64,000 bases of DNA from Amoebophrya sp. A120 (taxonomy: Eukaryota > Protista > Dinoflagellata), in the NCBI GenBank assembly GCA_905178155.1, contig CAJINV010000012.1, forward strand, positions 3,467,144-3,531,143, in the 5' to 3' direction. The notes beneath the pieces were generated by a model. The model saw only the letters and a program-made list of their open reading frames with translations, searched no databases and had not been told where the DNA came from. The translations under genes and the position numbers were made by a program. This document shows positions 13,501-24,287 of the stretch, one piece after another. How positions within the stretch are numbered: position 1 is the stretch's first letter; every line of letters begins with the position of its first letter.

Positions 13501-15604
13501 GATGTTGCCGATGTTGAAAAGGGGGACTATCTGGAGCACTCCGGCAACTACCTGAATCTCTCATACCAGAGTCGGGAAGGCACGCACAACCGCGAAGAGT
13601 CTCCGAGCCTGTTCTCGCGGCTTTTCGGGGGAGGAGGCGGAGACAAGAATCGGCCGAGAGTGCATCCGGTAGCTGCTCAACATGGGACCACGACGAGCAC
13701 GCCAGCCTCCTCACAGCAACAGCAGCACCCAGGATCGAATTCCCAGGCAGATTTCGTTTTCTTTTTCGGCGACCTGAATTTTCGTTTGAACATGAAACGC
13801 GAGGCGGCCGATAATTGCATAGTGCAGTCGGATATCCTGTGCAAAAGTATCGTACTCATAGTAATCGCAACCATGCATTACAAATCTCCTTCTCAAGGAC
13901 AAGGAGCTCAATCCGCATGACAAATTCTATTTTTCATGCTGAGGGAATTTGTCATGCGATTTCTACTACGTAGTAGTACGATACTTTTGCATTTCATATC
14001 GGACCACCGGAAACTACTCGCAAGTGACACGCTGCTGCCCATGCTCAGCATGTTTCAGCAGCCAAGAGCAGGGGCAGGGCCACCCCCTGTGGTCGTGGAT
14101 GGGCACGAGCGCCAAACCAATGCAAGCAATTCTGCTCCTTCGTCACAGCTACTACATCGACAAAGCTCCGAAGACAACGACAGTGCAACAGACGACATCC
14201 AACCGCGGGTCGTTTTACAGCAGCCGAATAGCAGTAGTGGAGTGGATAGGCACCGCGAAAGTATCGCACTACGTACAAATTGCATCACAAGTTTGATGTT
14301 CAGCATGAGAAATGGAATTTGCAATGTGGATTGACTTTGCAAAAGAGATTTGTAATGCATAAGAAGTGCGATTAGTACGAGTGCGGTAGTTCTTTTGCAG
14401 TGCATAGTGGAGGTGGGATCTCCAACCACGGGAATGAATTCCTCTCCGAACACAGGGTATGCAAGAAAAAAACTGTGTGAGTGTAAGTTTGTGAAGATGC
14501 AAAAAACGCAAGACGGTTTCCGAAGTGCAAGTTTACGAATCGCTCCTCACCCGTGGGGAGGCGTTTTTTTTGATTTTTTCGGTCGGTTTGAAAACGTCTG
14601 GCTCTGGCCAATTTTGAAAAATTGCAAGACTTTTGGTTTTTGCCTCAGCCGTTCCGCCACCTAGTACGAATCGCTCCTCACCCGTGGGGAGGCGGTTTTT
14701 TGGATTTTTTCGGTCTGTTTGCGAAAGACGGACGCTGGCCAATTTTGAAAAATTGCAAGACTTTTGGTTTTTGCCTCAGCCGTTCTGCCGCCTACGAATC
14801 GCTCCTCACCCGTGGGGAGGCGGTTTTTGTGATTTTTTCGGTCTGTTTGCAAAAGAGGGACGCTGGCCAATTTTGAAAAATTGCAAGACTTTTGGTTTTT
14901 GCCTTGGCCGTTCTGCCGCCTACGAAGCGCTCCTCACCCGTGGGGAGGCGGTTTTTTTTTTTCGGTCGGTTTGCAGAGACTGGAGGCTGGCCAATTTTCC
15001 AAAATTGCAAGATTTTTTGTGTTTGCCTCAGCCGTTCTGCCGCCTATGAATTCTCTCCACTGGTAGCTGCGCATGACAGGTTTTTACTGTATATGAAAAA
15101 CGATCTGCTCTTTCTGCACGGTTACACACACTTTTTTCCTTGGATACCGGAACCACGGCAGGGTACCAATCATCTTTCGGCGGTGTATCGGGAGCGGTCA
15201 CGGATTTGTCGACACCAACTGGTGCCGGCTCCGGTGGAGCAGCTCCTTCGTGGTCCGAGTTTGCTGAGATGCCGATCAATTTTCCGCCGACGTACAAAAT
15301 CAACGCGTTTACGAGGCTGGATTACGACACGTCCAAGAAAAAGCGCGTGCCAGCGTGGACCGACCGGATTTTGTACAAACCCAACAAAAATCTGAAACCC
15401 TTGTGCTACGACGCGATTTTTGACAACGAGCAACTCTACCTCTCTGACCACAGACCGGTGTACGCGCAATTTGAGGCGGAGCTGAAGAATGTGAACAGGT
15501 GGACGCCGCTTGGGGCCGCGGTGGACCAGGGGCAGAGTTTTGGAAGCAGTGTCTCCTCCTCTGCTGCGACTACCGGGGGAAGCTCAATGTGTGTGTTGAT
15601 GTGA
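10587..15604 (+). CDS. INPP5E: Inositol polyphosphate 5-phosphatase, INPP5E-like, with C-terminal CaaX (CVLM)
   Basis: After removing 6 introners: TIWNLHG, CGFGNLVGNKGGV, FLFVCSHLPAH, FFFGDLNFRL, FPPTYK, RVPAWTDRILY and SDHRPV, the full 5-phosphatase motif set. The INPP5E assignment is inferred from the CaaX end. Confidence 0.9.
11950..12205. mobile_element. Introner family B
   Basis: TSD cgcct/cgcct; join gives TCA-CGFGNLVGNKGG. Confidence 0.93.
12267..12432. mobile_element. Introner family A (degenerate)
   Basis: TSD gtatc/gcatc; join gives MSI-GSSSFLFVCSHL. Confidence 0.88.
13166..13314. mobile_element. Introner family A
   Basis: TSD tcagc/tcagc; frame restored. Confidence 0.92.
13833..13998. 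mobile_element. Introner family A
   Basis: TSD tcgga/tcgga; join gives QSD-HRKLLASDTL. Confidence 0.92.
14247..14406. mobile_element. Introner family A (left end decayed to TAGG)
   Basis: TSD gtgga/gtgga; frame restored. Confidence 0.85.
14458..15146. mobile_element. Introner family C (TIR TATSCAAGRAAAAAA.TGTGTG) containing a 128-bp satellite array
   Basis: TIR at both ends; TSD caggg/ccgga; join NTG-TTAGYQ is in frame with the catalytic C-terminal exon. Confidence 0.85.
14534..15047. repeat. 128-bp satellite, array 1 (~4 units)
   Basis: Unit core TACGAATCGCTCCTCACCCGTGGGGAGGCGG followed by T tracts. Confidence 0.95.
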
Positions 15605-16007
15605 GTTTACACTTATTGACTATGCACAAGAAACGCAATCCCGATCCATATCCACCTGACCAGTGATGGTTGAGATTGTGACTTTCCATAGGTCATACAT
15701 GCGGCTTGCTTTCATTCTTGCCGCCGTGACGCAGACGTGGGTTCGGCTTTTTGGTGGTTCTTGCTACCACCTACTGGTGCGAGCCAGCAAGTTGACATTG
15801 GCCGTACAAGTTCTTAGCTCTCGGCATCTTTACTAACGGACGCACGTCCGGCGCCATCATGTGAGGATGGAAAAAGGTGCGGTCGGCCGCACTGTTCGAC
15901 AGCTTGAATGTCATAGCACGAGCAACAGAATATGAAGTGAAACTCCTGTCGGTACTTACATTGATTTTCCACTATCCCGTTTACGTTTTGGAGGTAGGTT
16001 GACGCTT

Positions 16008-16508
16008 ACCTCAGCCGTTCTGCCGCCTACGAATCGCTCCTCACCCGTGGGAGGGCGGTTTTTCGGATTTTTTCAGTCGGTTTGCAAATGTCTGACGCTG
16101 GCCAATTTTCCAAAGTTGCAAGATTTTGATTTTTTGTGTTGCCTCAGCCATTCTGCCGCCTACGAATCGCTCCTCACCCGTGGGGAGGCGGTTTTTTTGA
16201 TTTTTTCGGTCTGTTTGCGAGAGAGTGACGCTGGCCAATTTTACAAAATTGCAAGATTTTTTGTGTTTGCCTCAGCCGTTCTGCCGCCTACCAATCGCTC
16301 CTCACCCGTGGGGAGGCGGCTTTTTGGATTTTTTCAGTCGGTTTGCAAACGCCTGACGCTCGCCAATTTTGAAAAATTGCGAGATTTTTTGTGTTTGCTT
16401 CGGCCGTTCTGCCGCCTACGAATCGCTCCTCACCCGTGGGGAGGCGGTTTTTTTGATTTTTTCGGTCTGTTTGCATAAGCGTGACGCTGGCCAATTTTGA
16501 AAAATTCG
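16008..16508. repeat. 128-bp satellite, array 2 (~4 units)
   Basis: Same unit as array 1, intergenic. Confidence 0.95.
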
Positions 16509-16926
16509 CACAGTATCTATCATCATGTAGCGGCGACTTATACTAGCAGGAGGATGAGGCTCAAAGGACAAGCAGGAGGTGTAGATGTAGTGTCTGTGTC
16601 GAGAGATTTGATGTTCGCAAGGTGTTGACAAGAATTGAAGAGATGCGAGAGAAGCTATTTACTATTTACTTTCTTAGTGGTCATCTTCACGTTCAATTTC
16701 TTTGCAAGTTGACCAGGTCCCAACGTTTGTGCACTACTTTATTTTTGCAAGGTACTACAGGTACAGCTGGACAATCGTTCATAAGTAGGACTGTCTTCTT
16801 GCGCGGCAGCTTCACGTTCACTTTCAATTTGAGTACTAGTTTCCGGCACGTTTCAGTAACGACTTGAATTCTACTGCATCGATATTGAACTGCTCTTTTG
16901 GTGTAGAAGTGCAAGAAAACCACGAC

Positions 16927-19414
16927 ATGGCCACACCGAGTAGAAGTGCAAGTCGTGCCAGCTCGCAGCGCTCCTCTGCGGGAGCGGGTCAATCCCGAAC
17001 AGAGGAAGACTGCGAAAGGCTCGACGCGTGCCTGGACTTTCTCGTTCGAGTCGTTCCGCAAACAATTTTTGCTCCGTGCATAATGTTGACGGAAGCAGCG
17101 GCGGCGGGCGGTGGATCAACATCTTCTACAGCCGCGAGGAATTATGCAACAGAGTCCGAGCGACAGGAGGCGGAACTCTACGCGAAGGTCCCGCAACTAC
17201 TCTCCACCCAGTCGCACCTGCTAATTCCGAGACGCCGAATCATATCGCAAGCTGTAGCACGACTGACGCTCCTCGGCCGAAGAGGTCCGCAAGGAGGAGG
17301 GGGAGCAAGAACCGCAACCACTTCTGGTTCTGAAGACGCGCCACTAGTAGTAAACGAGTACGACGCAGATGAGGATATCAACGAAGCACTGAAGCAGATT
17401 GCCACGGTGCCGACCCTGCAGGCCGAGCTGTGGCGCCGGGACCCAGACGCGATTCCCGAACCGCTGCAAGCCGCGGTGTTGCACGTGTTTCTGCGGGATT
17501 TGGTCGCCAATTTTCAGAGGTTTGAGGACGAGTCGTTGATCAGGCGAGGGTCGGTTGGCAGCAAACAAACCAGCGACGCTGTGGACGAAGACGGGAAAAT
17601 TTTTATTACAAGGAAAAATTATCACCCCTCCCCATATCGAAAACGAAATTCAAATTTGTGATGCTGTATCTGAGAACACAACTCGACCTGTATTGCTAGA
17701 AGGCCAAGACCAAGAGCCACAGCTGTGGCCTCGTTTGCAGGCAATTTGTCATGCTTCTTCCCACTTCCAGCTGCCTCCTGTCATGCTGAAGCTGCAAGGC
17801 TTGTTTCCCACGCCACCCAGCACTACAGGACTCCTGTAGTGCTGGGTGGCGTTCCAAGTAGTCCGCATCTTTTGCCTTCTAGCATGACAGAGCTGATTTC
17901 TTGTGGCCACACCCACAAATCTGCATCACAGATTTTCCCTTTCGTTTTGATACGGGGAGGGGGGATTTTTCTTCTTGATAGTTTTGATCGCGGGAACACG
18001 ACCATCTCCACCACCACCTGTGGAGGTCGTAGACGAACAACCAGCTGAAGATCCTCCCCGCGCCGGCCCCCCGGCAGCACCTCGTCGAATCATCTGGTAA
18101 CCAAAGCGTGCGCAAGCGCTCGCAAGAGCGCTTTGCGCGCGGGCTTGCCCGCGCGCAAAGCGCTCTTTGCGAGATGCTCATCCATCGCAAACGCAGCGCG
18201 AAGGCTTTGCCGTTGCCATATGGGAGGGACTCGGGAGTATGCAATCACTCGCAAAATCGGGCATTTCCAAGCGTGTTTTGCCGCCAGAAAGGGGATCTGA
18301 GAAAATTTGCGTAAGTTTTGCCGAAAGCAGCCAAAACAGTAATTATCAAGCGGGGAGAGGGTAAAAAAGAGAAGTTTTATTGCTCCGCCCAGTCTGAATC
18401 TGAAAAAAGATATTGGCGTTTTCGGCTAGGGCCGACGGTGTGATGCGTTTTATAGCGGAAAATGCGTCACGTGCAGGCAGCTCCGGCCGCTTAGAAATTG
18501 AAAAAAATTGCGAAAAAAACGCTATTTTTCGCAGCATGCAAGCGGCCGACTAAATTTACCGATTTTCTCCAGTTCCCGGAAACCGCTTGAAAATTGAAAA
18601 TGACAATTTTTGCTGAAAAAGCAAAAGCCGCTTGAAAATTGCCGCTCAAAAGTGGTTTTCAAATTTGTCCGGAGGCCCGTGGCACCAGGATTGGACGACA
18701 AAAAAACAACTATCAAGCCTGTGGAGGTGTGTCCACCCCCCACGGTTTTCGACGTGTATGAAGGCCAGAATTGCGATCCTCCTCCCGCTTGGAAATGCCC
18801 GATCTGGGTGGCCCAAAAGGGCTGCCAGAAATGGCGAGAGTTGTTTAAATTTTTGAAGTTTGCGCATTTTCCCGGGCCAGCGTGCCGCCGTGCATAACGT
18901 TATGCGCGATGGAGTGCTGCTCGCCAAAAAACGCAGTCTTTTGCGCGCCCTTGCTTCCTGGTTAGAGGATGAGAGCGCGGCCCGAAGCGGGCTGCAGTGT
19001 TGGACCGCGGCCCTTGGGCCGCGGTCCAAGAGTGGTGCCCGCGAGGGCCGCGCTCTCATCCTCTAACCAGGAAGTCAAGGGATGCGCGGTAGCCTTCGCG
19101 CTGATTGGGGCGCTTCGCACGCTTTTGGTTACCAATATCGCCCTCCGGGCGCGACCTTAATACGCCCGTCAGAAGCTTCTGATGCGGTCTTTTGCACACG
19201 CCTGCACATGTCCGAAAACGTTCCTGCCGGTTCCCTGCTGCTGGTGCTTGAGGAGTTACGAAATAAGCAGGTCCAGGCCATCGGTGCCTACGCGGAAACC
19301 ACGGAGAACGACGGCGACGGGTCCACGTTTGTGCGCCGGTGCGGTCCGGACTGGCTTTCCTGTCCAGAAAAGTGTCCGAACAAACGCATCTATTACCTCA
19401 CGACGGCAGGGTGA
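16927..19414 (+). CDS. Hypothetical protein interrupted by one introner and a 1-kb TIR element
   Basis: ORF 16927-17603 continues in frame after the family D introner (LIAGTRPSPPPP..RRII). The 3' end is ambiguous (stop at 19160 or 19414, depending on the junction). Confidence 0.6.
17604..17980. mobile_element. Introner family D (TIR TAT..AAGGAAAAATCCCCCCTCCCCATATC)
   Basis: TSD atttt/gtttt; interior matches 42329-42639. Confidence 0.85.
18095..19134. mobile_element. Non-autonomous TIR element with TGG...CCA ends and subterminal GC-rich hairpins
   Basis: TIR TGGTAACCAAA(A)GCGTGCG(C)AAGCGC at both ends; hairpins at 18119-18173 and 18954-19074; flanks atcatc/atatc. Confidence 0.8.
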
Positions 19415-19737
19415 GGAGCAGGACCTGCTGGGTTAGCTGTAGCAGGAGGTGCTGGAGAAGGACTTACTTGGGAGCTGGAGAAGCAGACTGCGTGATCCAT
19501 CTGGAGCGGTGAGGATGGGAAATGGGTTCATTTTCTGCAGCGCAACGCGACCAAGATAGAAGAACACAGCTGCATCGCCTGAAATGATCATAATGCTGTG
19601 AAAATGTACAGTTGTTTATTGTATGACTACAGCAGGTTTGAAATGAACAGAAACGACTTCACCTACGAGAAGATAATCACACACTGCAGCCGCGAAGAAC
19701 ATGATCTTTGCGAGGAGAATGAATTCTAACACTGCCA

Positions 19738-20620
19738 CATTTTTGTGTTTGCCTCAGCCGTTCTGCCGCCTACGAATCGCTGCTCACCCGTGGGGAGGCG
19801 TTTTTTCTGATTTTTTCGGTCGGTTTGCACAAATTGAACGCTGGCCAATTTTCGAAAAGTTCAAGATTTCTTGTCTTTGCCTCGCCGTTGGCCGCCTATG
19901 AATCGCTCCTCACCCGTGGGGAGGCGGTTTTTTTGATTTTTTCCGCCATTTTGCAAGCAGCTGACGCCGATTTTCTTCAAAAACTGCGACATTTTTGTCG
20001 TTTGTCTCAGCCGTTCTGCCAGCTACGAATCGCTCCTCAGCCGTGGAGGGGAGCTTTTTTTGATTTTTTCCGCCAGTTTGCAACCAGCTGACGCTGGCCG
20101 ATTTTCAAAAACTGCGACATTTTTGTCGTTTGTCTCAGCTGTTCTACCAGCTGCGAATCGCTCCTCAGCCGTGGAGGGGAGCTTTTTTTGATTTTTTCCG
20201 CCAGTTTGCAGGCAGCTGACGCTGGCCGATTTTCAAAAACTGCGACATTTTTGTCGTTTGTCTCAGCCGTTCTGCCAGCTACGACTCGCTCCTCAGCCGT
20301 GGAGGGGGGCTTTTTTTGATTTTTTCCGCCATTTTGCAAGCAGCTGATGCTGGCCGATTTTCAAAAACTGCGACATTTTTGTCGTTTGTCTCAGCCGTTC
20401 TGCCAGCTACGAATCGCTCCTCAGCCGTGGAGGGTAGCTTTTTTTGATTTTTTCCGCCCTTTTTCAAGCAGCTGACGCTGGCCGATTTTCAAAAACTGCG
20501 ACATTTTTTTCGTTTGTCTTACCCGTTTTGCCGCCTATGGAGGCGTGCTGTTTTGAATTCGCATTATTCTCGTTCATTTTGCAAGTCCAAGCTGTTGACG
20601 CTGACCAATTTTCATGAATT
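19738..20620. repeat. 128-bp satellite, array 3 (~7 units)
   Basis: AAACTGCGAC anchor at 19981, 20109, 20237, 20365, 20493 (period exactly 128). Confidence 0.95.
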
Positions 20621-21629
20621 GAGCGTTTCAAAAGATGCATGCATGAAAAAAGGTGACAGAGCAGGAGGACCAAGACCTTCGGCTTCGCCGGGGGCAGGCG
20701 CTATCCAAACAAGCAACCAAACATGCGCGGCAATCAATCTTCTCTACCCAGGTGGCACATTTGCAGTTGACCGTTTATTTTCTACTCTTCACTAGCATTG
20801 TAGCTGCATGGAAAAACTATCGCGATCTAACATGCAGCGCAGGTTCTTGTGAAAGTCAAAAGACGTTGAAATGATGATCGCAGGCGATTTTCCGCTCCAG
20901 AAAATTGAAGAATGGCAAGGAGCCCTGCGGTGTTCTAAGGATCAGGCATTGACATTTCAAACCTGCTCTCATCCGCGTCTTTTTGTATGTGTGAGACTTC
21001 CCTGCCGATCCACTAATTGCTGTCGGCCACCTCGTTGCAAACAAAAGTTTTTTCACAGTCCCCAAACTGAAAAACGAAACGATCCCGGAACACAGCAAAA
21101 TGATCTTGATCGCGATCCAGAAGAATAAATGAATCGATCCCGGAACACCTACACAACCTTGAATCTCAGTCGGTAGAAAATGTATTGTGGAGCAACAAGG
21201 ACAAGGAGCATCAAGAGTTTCACGATAGAAGACCTGCGCAAGAATTTCCCGACCCTAGGTCTCCATCGATTGGAGCTGTTTCATCATCGGGCGGATTTGT
21301 CTACAAAGTTCTATCACATATTTTTTCAAGACATATGACATTGACCACAACCAGAGACATCAATTACATACGTGTGATTGTGATTATACAAGTCCATCAA
21401 CCTCCAAAATCCACTCGCCTACTCATTTTTCTACTTACAACGAGGTACTGAGCTGAAGTGGTACGTTGTCACCTGCATCAAAAAATCTCAATTTGCGTCG
21501 CTATATTCTTCAGCTATTTTGTCGTTGTCTCAGGCACACAGCCTCAAACTTTCATCATAATTCGGACAAGACTTCATTAGTCCTGTTGCTGTTTTTCCCG
21601 TTAGGGATAGTTACCTTGACAAAATCAAA

Positions 21630-22687
21630 ATGATGAAGCGTCTTTCCTCTTTCGAATCGAGCCCGTCTCGCTCTGTTGGTGCTCAGCTTGTGGCATTGCT
21701 GCAAGCGGTGTGCGTTTGGCTGCACCTGGAGACGATGGTGGGAGCTGCCGTGGGGTTGCAGTTGCGCATGAATCCGGGTGGTGCTGGTGGTGCGACTCGC
21801 CTAAGCACGGCTGATCGCCGCCCACCGATGAGGCAAAACGGCGTGGGTCAGAATGAGCTGCAGCTGGTATCTGTGATAAGCGGTGAAGACACGAACTCGC
21901 GAGGGTTCACCTCAATTGGTGGGAGCGTACCATGATAATCACGGCCGAAAAATTGGAGAAAAAGTTACTAGCCAAAGCCTCGGACGCAGTGAAGAACAAG
22001 CTTGCCTTCAAACCTGCGAAGTTTCTGATCTACCCTGACCCTGAGTTACGGTGGATTCGCGCTGATCCCCGAGTTTTTTACCATTCCAGGGGTGTCGAGA
22101 CGCGGTACGGTATGGAGCTGCACAATAAGATTCCTCTCACCGACAGCAGGCAGGTCCGGGATGAGAGGAAGCTGTTTGTCGAGATGGAAGATCCAACAGA
22201 GGCTGAGATGCAGGTGGAGATCGAAAACGCGAATCAAACCGACAGCGCATGGGCACGCATTCGTGATGGCCGCCGCGGATGCGCACGGGGCTCTGCTTGG
22301 GGGCTTGCCTCTCTCGCCTGTGTTCCCTGTGCTGGTGGGGTAGGGTGCGCCCTTGGTTGCATTGGCGCGGCATGTGAGTGTGCCCTGGCTGCCGAGAACT
22401 GCGGCACGGGAACCCGTGATCTTCTTCTTCGCCCGAGGCGCGTGCAGAGGTTGGAGACTGCGCGACGGGAACTCCGGCAACCACAGCAGCACGGGACCGC
22501 CGCAGCCGCGCCCCAGTCGCGTCCGCACAATCCCGACGGAGACGGAAACCGCCGCCGCCAAGGCGCCGCCACCGCGAGGGATGTGGCCCAACCCACGAAT
22601 CAACGCGAAGCCGCGGCGTTTCAGGGCGTTTTGGCTCGCTTCCAGCCGGCATTACCAGGTAATGCCGGGTTTTTGCTGCAGGTATAG
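21630..22687 (+). pseudogene. Putative secreted protein, paralog of 29951-31386, with a frameshift near 21890 (pseudogene or assembly error)
   Basis: Shares WLHLETMVGAAVGLQLRMN and LARV.L..ITA..LE..KFLI.PD with the paralog; the LARV block is out of frame with the N-terminus. Confidence 0.65.
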
Positions 22688-24287
22688 TAGTAGTAGTAGT
22701 AGGTAGTAGTTCTGAAAGCAGCAAGAAGTAATAGCAATACGTCCTAGTAGTAGAGCTGCAAAGAGTCCTCGAAGATTTACGTCTTCCTCTTACTTTCGCT
22801 TTCGCAGCAAATATCGCAGCGAGTTCATTATAGAAATTTAGCCACATAGTTTGTGCGTTTTGCTTTTGCTTTTACAACGTAAAAACTCCATACTGAGGAG
22901 GACTTGTACAGGGGCGTTGTTTATTCGTAGCATTCTTGAACTCGTCGCGGCGCTGTTTTCAAGGCCAGCGCGCAAGTTCTTCCGAACCTTGCGTGGACTT
23001 TCGTCTACAAAGGCTGAAGGCTTGCCGCAAAGCCCGTTTTATCGAGACTGTCTCCTGGCGACACCTATGGGAGCAGAGCCAACAGATTTTTGCAGTATTT
23101 TATCCGTGTTGTAAGCCTAAGCTGGCCCAGTTTTGGATTTTTTCCTGTTATTTTCAAGCTCTGCACAGGCCCCCGGGCAATTTTTGTAACATTCGATGTT
23201 TGTTGTGTACGATTTTCCTTGTACTTTTTATTTTTGTGTAAAAGCAGTTTTATCATACTCAGGATAGATTGGGTTTTACCTTTCTCGTCTTCTCCAGCAC
23301 AGTTTTGTTTATGTACAGCAGATTTTCAACTGGCCTCCAAGTTTGTCGTTCTGTAGTCCTTGCGCAACAGTAACCGACTTTATTTGAAAACACCTGCGTC
23401 CAGTGATTAGGTTTGGCATCGAGATAGTGCCTCTAATGCCTGCTATTGTTACTATTTTTGTAGATCAGCTGTTTTTGGTATGTGGAGTCTCTTTCCTACC
23501 AGACCAGGCCGGCGCACATGTATGATTCAAAAGAAGAGCGGATCCGGATTCGTAGGACGATGGAGAAAAAATAATGAAAAGGAGAGGCGGGCGCCGCTCT
23601 ATTGCTATGCACTTTCACTGGAAAGAACAAGCAGGAACTTGAAGTTGGAAAGCAGCGAAGCGTGTCTGAAGATCTGTTTCTGGCTGAGAAGTACTTATCT
23701 TGTTGGAGATACTCATTTTTTACGAATCTAGTTGCACCACTAGTGAAGTGTTCTTCCCGACGACGTTCTTCTGGTGCTACTACTCGCAAAAGAAGCAGCT
23801 CCTGCTACCTCGTGATGATCCTCCCAGCATGGTGCGACTCAGAATGTCCGGAGGTTTTGCTGTAGTCCTCCTTGAACTTTCGAACTGGTTGAGGATTTAT
23901 TACGTGTGGAAGATGATTTTTACGTGCGAATTTATTGAAGCAGTTTCTTACCGTCATCGTCGGCCTCGAACATGTACATGATCCAGCATCTCCATTATAA
24001 TTGATGAAGCAGAAGTCCTTGTCCTGTTCGTAGTGTGTATTGTTGAGTATGTTGAGCAAGCTTCTTGATGATCTTATTCTTTGTCGTTCCTACTTCCATT
24101 TTCTTTTCATTCCCAGCATCAGAAGTTGTTAGAAGTTGAAGTTCTAGCGGATGGACGACTTTCTTGTGCTCCTGGGCGCTTGATGTAGAAATTGAAACCA
24201 TACAACCACCTGAACGGCCACACCAATACCGTTTGCGCCATCTATCTTCATCCCAATCTACTTCACTCGCCGAGTCGAGGACCTCTT

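Noticed and set aside
18095-19134. Transposase within this or any other TIR element
   Set aside because: Only short ORFs without DDE, HUH or tyrosine-recombinase motifs; no autonomous element in the window
14534-20620. 128-bp and 41-bp repeats as CRISPR arrays
   Set aside because: Whole units repeat with no unique spacers, there are no cas genes, and the context is eukaryotic
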